Assembly (NCBI GenBank): GCA_031411295.1 | Contig: JANOAV010000040.1 | Coordinates: forward strand, 1-64,000 | Direction: 5' to 3' | DNA from: Verrucomicrobiales bacterium | GTDB taxonomy: Bacteria > Verrucomicrobiota > Verrucomicrobiia > Verrucomicrobiales > V1-33 | Length of the DNA stretch: 64,000 nt | Shown here: piece after piece, positions 10,035-19,273 of the stretch | How positions within the stretch are numbered: the first letter of the stretch is position 1 | How the letters are laid out: each line of letters starts with the position of its first letter | The notes under the pieces: model-generated | What the model was told of the DNA's origin: nothing | Seen by the model: only the letters and a program-made list of their open reading frames with translations | Database searches by the model: none | Program-made: the position numbers and the translations under genes

Positions 10035-10409
10035 TTACGGAGCTTTGCGCCCTTTGATGGCCAGCCACAGCCAACCCACCATCATGAGCACCCCGCCGAT
10101 GGGCGTGATGGCTCCCAGCCACTTCACTCCAGTCAATGCCAGCACGTAGAGCGTTCCGGAAAAGATCACCACCCCGCCGAGCAGGCACCACCAGGCGACC
10201 CGATTCCTTCCGGCCAGGAAATAAAGTGCCACGGCATGCAGCCCGTGGTATTGGGCTGCGGTCTTCCAGACTTCCAGACCGGTTGGAGTGGCCTCGAGTT
10301 GGGCTTTCAACAGGTGTGCCCCCATGGCCCCCAGAGCAATGGACAAAAAGACGAGCACGGCCGCAAGGCGTTCCTGTGGTGCGGCATGGGAAGATGGATT
10401 TGCATTCAT
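10035..10409 (-). CDS. DUF423 (YgdD/TMEM256) family membrane protein
   Basis: IALGAMGAH, WKTAAQYHGLHA, FSGTLYVLALTG, LGAITPIGG motifs; start could be 10436. Confidence 0.9.
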   Translation of the reverse strand: MNANPSSHAAPQERLAAVLVFLSIALGAMGAHLLKAQLEATPTGLEVWKTAAQYHGLHAVALYFLAGRNRVAWWCLLGGVVIFSGTLYVLALTGVKWLGAITPIGGVLMMVGWLWLAIKGRKAP

Positions 10410-10453
10410 ATCCGCAGCGTCGTTAATCTGGCGCATCTGTCAATTTATCCTTC

Positions 10454-11491
10454 TCACTTCTCCAATTCCGCCAAGCGAGCCTCCAGCGCCTTGATGCGGT
10501 CTTGCAAGCCGGGCACGCGATTGATACTGGCTAGGCGACGTTTCTCATCGGCTGCGGGTTGCGCCGGGAATCCCAGATAGGTCACGCGGCCTGGTGGTAA
10601 ATCTTTGGTCACGCCGCTGCGGCCACCGAGCGTGCAGCCGGAACCGACCGTCACATGCCCGGCAATGCCGCTCTGCGCGGCAATGACGACGTAATCACCG
10701 ATCGTGGCGCTGCCGGCAATGGCCACTCCTGCCACGATGATGCAATGACGGCCAATGGTGACGTTGTGGCCGATCTGCACCAGGTTATCGATCTTGGTGC
10801 CGGTGCCAATCCACGTGCGGCCAAATCTGGCGCGATCCACCATGGTGCCAGCCCCGATTTCAATATCGTCTTCCAGTTGCACGATGCCCACCTGCGCAAT
10901 CTTCCGGTGCCGACCGTCCTCGAACTCATAGCCAAAGCCATCCCCGCCGATCACGACCCCGGAATGGAGCACCACCCGCTCCCCGATCAAGCTACCATGC
11001 TGCACGGTAACATTGGCATGGAGCACGGAATCCGCGCCAATCTTCGATCCCCGCCCCACGAAGCATCCTGCTCCCACATGCACACCGTCCGCCAATTCCA
11101 CTTCACTATCGATTACCGCATTGGCATCAATTTGCACTTTGCTGGGATCGAAGATCACGCCCTGAGCCACGACGGCCGACGGATGAATCCCGGGCGTGAA
11201 GGGATAGACGGAAGGATAAAATTTGGCCACCAACAACTCGAATGCCTGCGATGGAGCCGCTACGTGGATGCCTGCGACTCCCGCCGGAAGCCCCGTGAAT
11301 CCTATCGGGACCAACACCGCCGTGGCCTGGGAGAGCGACAACTGACGCGAGTAACGGGGATCATAGAAGAAGCTGACATCCCCACTGCGGGCCTCCGCCA
11401 GCGAGGCCAGGCCAGTGACGGCGGAGTCCTGCGCGTCAGCGCTGAGCGTTCCCGCAACTGCGAGGGCGATTTCTTTCAGGGAGGTTTTCAT
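10454..11491 (-). CDS. lpxD: UDP-3-O-acyl-glucosamine N-acyltransferase
   Basis: IHPSAVV, hexapeptide repeats, VIGGDGFGY, KIAQVGIV, DRA, GTKIDNLVQIGHNV, AQSGIAGH. Confidence 0.96.
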   Translation of the reverse strand: MKTSLKEIALAVAGTLSADAQDSAVTGLASLAEARSGDVSFFYDPRYSRQLSLSQATAVLVPIGFTGLPAGVAGIHVAAPSQAFELLVAKFYPSVYPFTPGIHPSAVVAQGVIFDPSKVQIDANAVIDSEVELADGVHVGAGCFVGRGSKIGADSVLHANVTVQHGSLIGERVVLHSGVVIGGDGFGYEFEDGRHRKIAQVGIVQLEDDIEIGAGTMVDRARFGRTWIGTGTKIDNLVQIGHNVTIGRHCIIVAGVAIAGSATIGDYVVIAAQSGIAGHVTVGSGCTLGGRSGVTKDLPPGRVTYLGFPAQPAADEKRRLASINRVPGLQDRIKALEARLAELEK

Positions 11492-11552
11492 AAGCGGATC
11501 AGCGACGGGAAGACAGGGAGGCAACAAGGCATGTCCCATCTAACAGACCCAA

Positions 11553-11608
11553 TTGAAAAGAGTTGACAGGATAGGGAAAATTCCCCGGTCCGTCATGTCT
11601 TTTCTCAA
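11553..11608. terminator. Imperfect inverted repeat between the PEP-CTERM gene stop and lpxD (terminator or structured leader)
   Basis: GAAAAGA..TGAC.GGA..GGGAA-AA-TTCCC..TCC.GTCA..TCTTTTC nested complementarity. Confidence 0.35.
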
Positions 11609-11656
11609 TAAATTAAGCGTTCGCTCAGAACAGCACCGCGCGACTGTGCTCGCGCC

Positions 11657-14600
11657 CTACTTCCGGAAATGCAGCAAGCGACGACGCTCGCGGAAGCCGA
11701 GTAATCCAAGCAGGCCCAGGGTGCCTGCGATGGCAGTGGGTTCTGGGACGGGGACGAGTTCGGTTCCGTTGACGATGGTGGCACCTCCTACTGGGTCGTA
11801 TGGCGTCAGGCCTTTATCAGAATAGAAATTGACGTTGGCTAGGTTGATGTTGGCGATGTTGGTGCTGAAGATCAGTTTGTCCGTGCCCGGTGTCCAAGGA
11901 GCACCGGTGTAGTTCCAGACATTCAGGATGCCGCTCCAAGTGCTGACGTCGCTAAATGTCAGGACCGAGCCGGAGCCGTTGACTCCCATGTCGAAGGTGA
12001 CTCCACTGTTGAGTGTGAGGAGCCCCGTGCTGTCGCTGAATCCGCCTGTGGCCAGGGTGGTGCCGCTGCTGAGGTTCAGTGCGGATGTCGCAGGTAGGGC
12101 GTTGTCCACTCCCAGCAGCAGGGTGCCGCCGGTTACGCTGGTGGTGCCAGTGTAGGTGCTGGCGGCGGTTAGTTGCAGGGTGCCGTTGCCGGTCTTGGTA
12201 AATCCACCGGCTGCGCTGGCGAAATCCGCCGACTGATTTCTCAGCGGAGCGGAAATGATGAGGTCCGGCAGGGCATCGCCTGTGGCATCGGCCACACTGA
12301 TGGTGGTGTTAGAGCCCAGATGATTTCCTTTGCCGTTGGTGGTGCTGATGGTGGAAACAGTGGTTCCGCCAGCGGTTATGCCGCCTCGGAATTGGTAACC
12401 TTCATAAGTGGTGGGACCGTCCGTGGATGCTTGGGTGAGGACGCCTCCGTTGAGGGTTACGTCTCCTACAGCATTGTAGCGCGTGCTGGAAACGATGCCT
12501 CCAGCGTTTACCACAACGGCAGGTAAGTTTGCGTTACCCACTCCGCTGCCGAAAATGTTATTTGTTAGCAGGTTCAGCGTGCCTGTGTTGTTCACGGTGA
12601 TGGTCTTGCCAGCGACGTTCGCTGCCCCCAGCGTGCCGTTAGCTCCGTTGGCTGCTCCCACGCCGGTGGCGCTAAGGGTGCCTGCGTTGACGGTAACGTT
12701 TCCGGTAAAGTTGCTGGCTGGTGCAATCAGGCTCACGGTGGCGGCTCCGTCCTTCACGAAGTTAATTTTCCCACTAATCGTGCCGTTGAAATTGGCGTTG
12801 ATCGTGGGGGCGGTGGCTTGATTGACCGTGAAGGTGGAAGTGGTGGTGGCATTGCTGTTGGAAATACCCTTGGTTAGCAAGTTCCCGGTTGGTGCCTGCC
12901 ATTCGAGACCACCTACGGTTTGGTTGAAGCCGTTCAGATCAACCGTGGTGGCCTGATCCCCCGTCTGGCCGACAACGAGTCGGGCACTGGTGTTGAGGGC
13001 ATCGTCGATGCCCAGCCTCATGGTGCCAAAGAGCGCATTGGTGGATTTCCAGACATTGCCAGTTGTGTTAAATACTGCCGTTGCCCCGTCCGTGATTGCA
13101 ACCGAACTACCAGCGGATGGCAGGTTCACCGTGCTATTCAGCGTGTGCAGACCGGTGCCACGGAAGAAGAGAACGTTGGAATAAAATAAGGGGAGAGCCG
13201 TAGCTTCGACAAATGATCCTGGCGTGGTCTCCGTGATGGTATTGTTATAAGTGAAGCTCCCGGGGGTGTTGACGGTGAATTGAATCGTGGATGTTCCGGC
13301 CAGGCTGATTGGACCATTAATTACGTTTGTGCTTCCGGCATTGGCAATAACTTGGCTGCGGATGCTCACCGTGGAGGAAAGTTGATTACTGCCCATGTTC
13401 AGTGTCAGTCCGGCAGGCAGGATGCGGCCAGTGTTTAGGTCCAGGGTGTTGGCGTTGCCGCTGGTGGTGGCACCCACTGGGTAGTTGACGGTAATGCTGC
13501 CACCGGCGGGCACTGCGGCTTGGGATCCCAAGCGCAGGATGGTTAGGCCAGTGCCCGTGGAGTCAACGGAAATTTTCCCAGTATAGCCAGAGTTATCGCC
13601 CGTCAGAAGGAATGTTCCGCCGCCTGCAGCTTGGCTGTGGAAGGAGAGCGAATCTGTCCCGCTTCCGGTAAGGTTTCCTGGCATGGTAGTCGTAGCTGCG
13701 GCGGCATTGTTATAGGAAAGGGATCCGCCGCCAGTGCCCACTGCGATGCTCCGGTTCACACCCAAGTCCATCGCGGCTGCCGTAGTATAACTGAGCCGAC
13801 CGCCTCCGGAAATGGCGATGCTGTTGCCACTGACGCCGCTGCCAAGGCTGGTGGAGCCATTGATTACGACCGTTCCCCCGCCGATGCTAGTGAGTCCATT
13901 GTAAAGGTTCGGTCCCGCAAGGGTCAGGCTGCCTCCGCCCGTCTTAGTGATGCCGGTCCCGCCTGTGATCTGATTTCCCGCCGTGGAGGTAAAGGTGTAG
14001 GCCGTCGTCGCTGCATTCACCGTGATCGAGGCCGGTGCCAGCAAGCCCGTCAGCGCGATGCTGGCGTTGGCTGCGCCTTCAGGGAAAGTGACATTATCCA
14101 AGGTGTAGAACTTTTCCGGTGCAGAAGTGGTATCGTTCCAGTTAATCGCGCTGTTGATGTTCCATGCGGTGCTGGCGGCTCCGGTCCAAGTCAGATCCTT
14201 CCGCCCTGTGATATCCAAGGTGATCGCGGCCCCAGTGTCTGCGACCGTGGGGGTGACGCGATAGTTAGTCGAGTTGGCCGCAGCAAATGAACCCGCACCG
14301 GATTTGCTCGTGTAGTTTATAACGGTGTAAGGACCAGCGGCGGACGGGACAGCCGTGAGGTCAATTAGATTCGGTCCGTTCACCATCAGCGAACCGGTCG
14401 TCATGGCTCCGGCCGTATTCGGGTCGAAGAAGATGGTGCCGCCCGTGGTGGTGCCGAAAGTAAGCGTATTCACTAGCACGGGTTCGCCACCCACGGCGGC
14501 TCCGTCGGCAACCGCCAGATTTCCTGCGCCCAAATTATTCGGGACGTTGAGTCGGCCAGCGGAGATGGTCACATTTCCCGTATAGCTGGAGGCACTGCCT

Positions 14601-17600
14601 AGTAGCGTGGTGGTGCCTGCCCCCTGCTTCACCAGGGGAGTCGTTCCGGAAATGTTGGCATTTACTATCTGAGTGCCGGTCGTGGTTAGGTTGATATTTC
14701 CTCCGCCAATCAAATTCAGCGTGCCCGTGCCTGTGATATCGCGATTGAGAGTGAAGGCGTTGGTCGCTCCATTGGTATCAAGATTCGTGGTCGTGCTGGC
14801 CACGGTGGCGATGTTTGCATCCAAGGGGATGTTCAAGTTAGCGCCCGTGTTGCCGGCCGGGCCACCCGTGCCGGAGTTGTCCACCCGGACGGTGCCACCG
14901 CCGAAGCTCACCGCAGCGCTGGCGTTCCGTTGGATTAGGCCCCAGGTGCTCCGCAGATTGAGGATACTGCCCGCTCCACTCAGGTTATAGCGATCAATCC
15001 CATCCACCATGTTCGCGCCCGCCACAGTATCTCCCCGATTGTCCAGCACGATCCAGTTCGTTGTGATGGTGCCGCCGGTGTGATTCAGGATGCCCTGGCC
15101 ATCATTTCCGATGTAAATGCCGCCGCCGACTATCGCAGTCGCAGCAGCGCCAGCGTTGATGTTATTATCCCCCGTTGCATTGGCACCGCCTGCGCCCGAG
15201 GTAGAGGGCGTCAGCGTGGGCGAGGCCCCCGTCATTGTCAGAGTGCCTCCATTCATGCTATAGGTGGTGGTCTCGGTGCCGAAGTGACCCACGCGAAGCT
15301 GGGAAACAATGTTGACAATGGATCCCGCCGCTTGATTCACGGTGCCGCCGCCACTCGCTACATTTCCCAGCGAGAAATAGTCTGCATTCACCGTCGAGCC
15401 GTTATTGAAGTTCACAATCGCACCGTTGGAGGCCGCATTGTTGAAAGCCAAATTTAGCGTCCCAAAAGTCGCGTTGGCGCCCGAATTGAAATTCAACACC
15501 GAGCCTGGCTGCGATCCTGCACCTGCCTGAACAGTTCCTGCCGTGAGGGTGCCGGAAATATTGCCGATGGAATTCGCTCGATTGGTCCCTACTCGAAATT
15601 GTCCACCCGTGGTCGTGGTGGAGCCACCAAGATTGATAGAGAATCCGCCATCACTAAAGCCCGCGCCTTGGCTGTCTGCATCTACAAACGAGCGGACATA
15701 ATTTGCTGCCGTGGCACCAATCGTGGTTATCGGAGCGCCCAGCGTATAACCATCCGTGCGGTCGAAGCGCACCACGGCATTTTTGAAGCCGTCAGGATTC
15801 AGATTCACTGGAATGGCTCCGATGGTGCCACTGCTGGTGTTGTTGCCCACATTCAAGGCGATCGATGTCGCACCGCTAGTAGCAGTTCCATCATTAACGG
15901 TAATGCTGGCGAGATTACTAACGGTGCCAGTGATCGCCAGCGTTTCCCCACTGGCATTATTGATGCTGCCGCCGACCGTCAATATCTGAGCGCCCGAGCC
16001 AGTAATGGAATTCGTGGAAATGGCGGTGCCGCCCAGCGCACCAATCTTCGCATTGGCTGCCAGCGTGATCACGCCCGTAAATGTCGTCGTGTTGTTGGCG
16101 CGCATCGCTCCCAGCGTCCCTGCCGCCTCGCTGTAGCCCGTGCCAGCAATGGAAAAGTTATTGCCATAAGTTTGGTTGGCCGCAGTAAAGATCACCTGAC
16201 CGCCTGCATCCACCTGCACGTTGGCGCTGCCTAGGTCAGCGGGATTATCCACCTGCATCCGCATGGTGCCTAACGTAGGCTTCAGATTCAGTAGGCCTGT
16301 GAAGCCAGTGGCGTTCCAGGTCACTGTTGCGATGTCTCGATTTCCAGTAGTCGTCGTGCTGGGATCTAGCACGATGTTGCCTGTTCCAGAAATCGGATTT
16401 ACCAGGCTGAAGACACCGCCCGTATGGGAAAATTTCACGGTAGCCCCGCTGCTGATAGCAATCGGTGTGGTGGCGAACAATGGCGTGGTGGTCGCATGAT
16501 CCAGCACCAGCGTCCCAGCCTGCACCGTGGTGGCTCCCAGGTAAGTGTTGGGGTTGCTCAGCATCACAGTTCCATTCCCCGACTTAAGCAGACCAGTGGG
16601 CCCTGCAATCCCGGCCGCTCCGGTTAGGGCGTAACTGGTGGCCGTGGTGTTAGTGAACGTTACGTTGGCTGGATTCACGTTGGCAGCGATGGCCACAGTG
16701 CTGTTCGTGGGAGCATCCTGGAAGATCACTTCATCAGACTCGATGTAGTCTGTGGCCGTGGATGGGGAGGACTGAAGTTTCCAGTTCCCGGTCACACCCG
16801 TGGCCCATGCGGTGCTGGTCGTGCCGTCCCAGATCACACGATCATTGCCCGTAACACTCAACGCGATCGCAGAGCCCGTGTCGATCAAACTGGAGGTCGT
16901 GTGTCCCACCGGATTGAGGCTGAAGCCGGCCAATCCCGGACTGGTGCCGTTGTAATTGATTAAAGGATACGTCCCGGCAGCCAAAATCCCTCCGAATTGA
17001 TTTAAGCTGACTGTAGTCGTGCCGGCGGTGGTCAATCCATTCGCATTGGTGACCGTCAGCAAATCTCCACTGGTGCCCACCTTCATGCGCAGGGTGCTGC
17101 TACCTGCAAAATTCATGGCCGCCGCGGAAGCCGTGCCTACCGTGCCATTCGTCCCGATGGCCAGGGTCCCCGCGCTCAGCGTGAGCGGCGTGGAGAGAGT
17201 GGTGCCATTCAACGCCAGCGTCCCCGTCCCGGTCTTCGTAAGACCGGAGCCAGTCAGCGTGACTGCGCCAATCGTGAGATCATCCGGCGTGAGCGTATTG
17301 TCCGCGACACTGAGGTTCCGCGCAGTGCCACCGAAAGCCAACGTGCCACCGGCCGTGGCATTAATGAAGTGCGGTGCCGCCGCCACCGTGCCACCAGCCA
17401 GTTGGGTGGTAACGTCCCCGCCCAGCGTCAGGGTTTTCCCCCCGAGGTTTACGGTCCCAGCAAAGATTCCCGTGGCAGGCGTCAGATTGCCGAATTTAAC
17501 CGCCGTCAATGTTTGGTCAAAGCCATTCAAATCAAGCGCACCAGCAGCAGAACCACCTAACGTCACTGTCCAAGCCTGCGGGATGCCGTTGGTGGCACCT

Positions 17601-18961
17601 GCCAAAGCGGTCCCAGTCACTAGCAATTGCCCGGTAGCCGAGCCGCCACCAGCATACACTACCCGACCGTCCCGCTGTGATGCCCCAAGGTTGGCCGTGC
17701 TGGAAATCGCTCCACCTAAAATCAACTCATTGCCAACTGCCGTGCCTCCCATAAATGTTCCACCAGCTGAGGGCGCGCTGTTTAGCGTTATCGCGCCATT
17801 TACTCGGGCCTGGCCCGTGCCCGTCTGCATTACGAGGCCAGTGTTGGCCACCCCAGTGATTCCTGTGTTCACGGTGATTGCATTTGCCAGCGGCAAGGTC
17901 ACGCCACCATTGACTATTAGACGAGATGTCGCCCCTGCTATCGTCAGGCCACCAGCGCCCAGTGCGGAGTTGCTATTCGCCTGAAGAATCCCTGCGGAAA
18001 CCAAAGTGCCACCCGAGTAAGTATTTGCTCCACCCAACACCAAAGTTCCCGCGCCCACTTTGCTGAGTTGGAAGCCACCAGCCACAACTCCGTTCACCGT
18101 GCCGACACCACTATTGGAACCGATTGCGGCATTGCCAGTTAAATTGACGGCACCCGTAACGATGGCTCCGCTGTCCAAACGCAGTGCCCCCAGCTGACCA
18201 GCCGTTTCCAGCCAGCCATTGCCAGCGATGTTAAACGTATTGGCAATGGCCGTGAGACCGGTGGAGTTGAACACTTGTCCACCATCCAGAATCGTAACCG
18301 CACCTGTTCCCAGTGCTGCATTGTTCCCGGAAATGGTCACGCGGACATCATCTATCGTCGTGCCGCCTGAGTAGGTATTGGTGCCACTTACGGCAAACTG
18401 CCCTTGCAGGCTCACAGGGTTCGCGGCCGTCACCCCGTCATCATTATCAAACGTAACGGATTTGGCTCCAGTAATAACGCCGCTCAGGGTCTGGACGCCT
18501 GTCAGCGTAGAGTAGAAACGTGCATTGTCATTCAGCGTAATCCCAGCACTAATCGCATTGGCCACCGCTGCAGTGGATCCGGCCACGCCAAACCGCACCA
18601 AAGCCGTGCCTGTGGCCGTCTGATCCAGAATCAGCACGTTCGTCGTCGTGGCTCCTGTGGAAAGCGTGAAGCCATGAGTCGAATCCGAATCCCCAATCAA
18701 CAATGTCCCCACCGTGCGATTTGCATCCAGCGTGATCGTGGCAGCGGCCGTAATGTTGGAGTTGATATTAATAACATCCCCTGCCGCAGAACCCGGCACT
18801 GCGGCAGGCGACCAGCTCGCGGCCGTCCCCCAAGATCCCCCAGCCGTAGCCGTCCAATTTCCGCTAGCCGCCCGAGCCGCCGTTGGCAGCAAAAGGGCCG
18901 TGACCATAGTGGTAATGCTGGCGACCAAACGCTGTGAGGGCGAAGTAATGGAGGATTTCAT
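11657..18961 (-). CDS. Autotransporter-associated beta-strand-repeat surface protein with PEP-CTERM sorting signal (2434 aa)
   Basis: Signal peptide; repeated KxGxGTLxLxxxNTYxGxTxVxxGxL units; C-terminal VPEP + TM + RERRR; no beta-barrel domain seen. Confidence 0.92.
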   Translation of the reverse strand: MKSSITSPSQRLVASITTMVTALLLPTAARAASGNWTATAGGSWGTAASWSPAAVPGSAAGDVININSNITAAATITLDANRTVGTLLIGDSDSTHGFTLSTGATTTNVLILDQTATGTALVRFGVAGSTAAVANAISAGITLNDNARFYSTLTGVQTLSGVITGAKSVTFDNDDGVTAANPVSLQGQFAVSGTNTYSGGTTIDDVRVTISGNNAALGTGAVTILDGGQVFNSTGLTAIANTFNIAGNGWLETAGQLGALRLDSGAIVTGAVNLTGNAAIGSNSGVGTVNGVVAGGFQLSKVGAGTLVLGGANTYSGGTLVSAGILQANSNSALGAGGLTIAGATSRLIVNGGVTLPLANAITVNTGITGVANTGLVMQTGTGQARVNGAITLNSAPSAGGTFMGGTAVGNELILGGAISSTANLGASQRDGRVVYAGGGSATGQLLVTGTALAGATNGIPQAWTVTLGGSAAGALDLNGFDQTLTAVKFGNLTPATGIFAGTVNLGGKTLTLGGDVTTQLAGGTVAAAPHFINATAGGTLAFGGTARNLSVADNTLTPDDLTIGAVTLTGSGLTKTGTGTLALNGTTLSTPLTLSAGTLAIGTNGTVGTASAAAMNFAGSSTLRMKVGTSGDLLTVTNANGLTTAGTTTVSLNQFGGILAAGTYPLINYNGTSPGLAGFSLNPVGHTTSSLIDTGSAIALSVTGNDRVIWDGTTSTAWATGVTGNWKLQSSPSTATDYIESDEVIFQDAPTNSTVAIAANVNPANVTFTNTTATSYALTGAAGIAGPTGLLKSGNGTVMLSNPNTYLGATTVQAGTLVLDHATTTPLFATTPIAISSGATVKFSHTGGVFSLVNPISGTGNIVLDPSTTTTGNRDIATVTWNATGFTGLLNLKPTLGTMRMQVDNPADLGSANVQVDAGGQVIFTAANQTYGNNFSIAGTGYSEAAGTLGAMRANNTTTFTGVITLAANAKIGALGGTAISTNSITGSGAQILTVGGSINNASGETLAITGTVSNLASITVNDGTATSGATSIALNVGNNTSSGTIGAIPVNLNPDGFKNAVVRFDRTDGYTLGAPITTIGATAANYVRSFVDADSQGAGFSDGGFSINLGGSTTTTGGQFRVGTNRANSIGNISGTLTAGTVQAGAGSQPGSVLNFNSGANATFGTLNLAFNNAASNGAIVNFNNGSTVNADYFSLGNVASGGGTVNQAAGSIVNIVSQLRVGHFGTETTTYSMNGGTLTMTGASPTLTPSTSGAGGANATGDNNINAGAAATAIVGGGIYIGNDGQGILNHTGGTITTNWIVLDNRGDTVAGANMVDGIDRYNLSGAGSILNLRSTWGLIQRNASAAVSFGGGTVRVDNSGTGGPAGNTGANLNIPLDANIATVASTTTNLDTNGATNAFTLNRDITGTGTLNLIGGGNINLTTTGTQIVNANISGTTPLVKQGAGTTTLLGSASSYTGNVTISAGRLNVPNNLGAGNLAVADGAAVGGEPVLVNTLTFGTTTGGTIFFDPNTAGAMTTGSLMVNGPNLIDLTAVPSAAGPYTVINYTSKSGAGSFAAANSTNYRVTPTVADTGAAITLDITGRKDLTWTGAASTAWNINSAINWNDTTSAPEKFYTLDNVTFPEGAANASIALTGLLAPASITVNAATTAYTFTSTAGNQITGGTGITKTGGGSLTLAGPNLYNGLTSIGGGTVVINGSTSLGSGVSGNSIAISGGGRLSYTTAAAMDLGVNRSIAVGTGGGSLSYNNAAAATTTMPGNLTGSGTDSLSFHSQAAGGGTFLLTGDNSGYTGKISVDSTGTGLTILRLGSQAAVPAGGSITVNYPVGATTSGNANTLDLNTGRILPAGLTLNMGSNQLSSTVSIRSQVIANAGSTNVINGPISLAGTSTIQFTVNTPGSFTYNNTITETTPGSFVEATALPLFYSNVLFFRGTGLHTLNSTVNLPSAGSSVAITDGATAVFNTTGNVWKSTNALFGTMRLGIDDALNTSARLVVGQTGDQATTVDLNGFNQTVGGLEWQAPTGNLLTKGISNSNATTTSTFTVNQATAPTINANFNGTISGKINFVKDGAATVSLIAPASNFTGNVTVNAGTLSATGVGAANGANGTLGAANVAGKTITVNNTGTLNLLTNNIFGSGVGNANLPAVVVNAGGIVSSTRYNAVGDVTLNGGVLTQASTDGPTTYEGYQFRGGITAGGTTVSTISTTNGKGNHLGSNTTISVADATGDALPDLIISAPLRNQSADFASAAGGFTKTGNGTLQLTAASTYTGTTSVTGGTLLLGVDNALPATSALNLSSGTTLATGGFSDSTGLLTLNSGVTFDMGVNGSGSVLTFSDVSTWSGILNVWNYTGAPWTPGTDKLIFSTNIANINLANVNFYSDKGLTPYDPVGGATIVNGTELVPVPEPTAIAGTLGLLGLLGFRERRRLLHFRK

Positions 18962-19273
18962 AATTCTTAGGGAGAAGTTAGTTTAGGGGGTAAAAAAAGG
19001 GGGATGTCCGAACTAGGCCGCACTTTGCTGTGGATTGACCTTCGGATTGCCTCCCTTTAATCAAATTCAGCGGAGGGAAACAAGTTATTTTTTCGCCCGA
19101 AATTGTTCTAGGTAAGACTGGTTCTGCTGACTAGCCCGTTTCGCCCTGCGCTCCTTTTACATTTACTCTTGCGTAAAAAATTTGCGTTGGAGAAGGGGGC
19201 GAAGGCGGATACTGCATCGGATGGCGCAGCCACAGGGCAAGACCATCAAACACCCAAAAATTCATTCTTGCCG

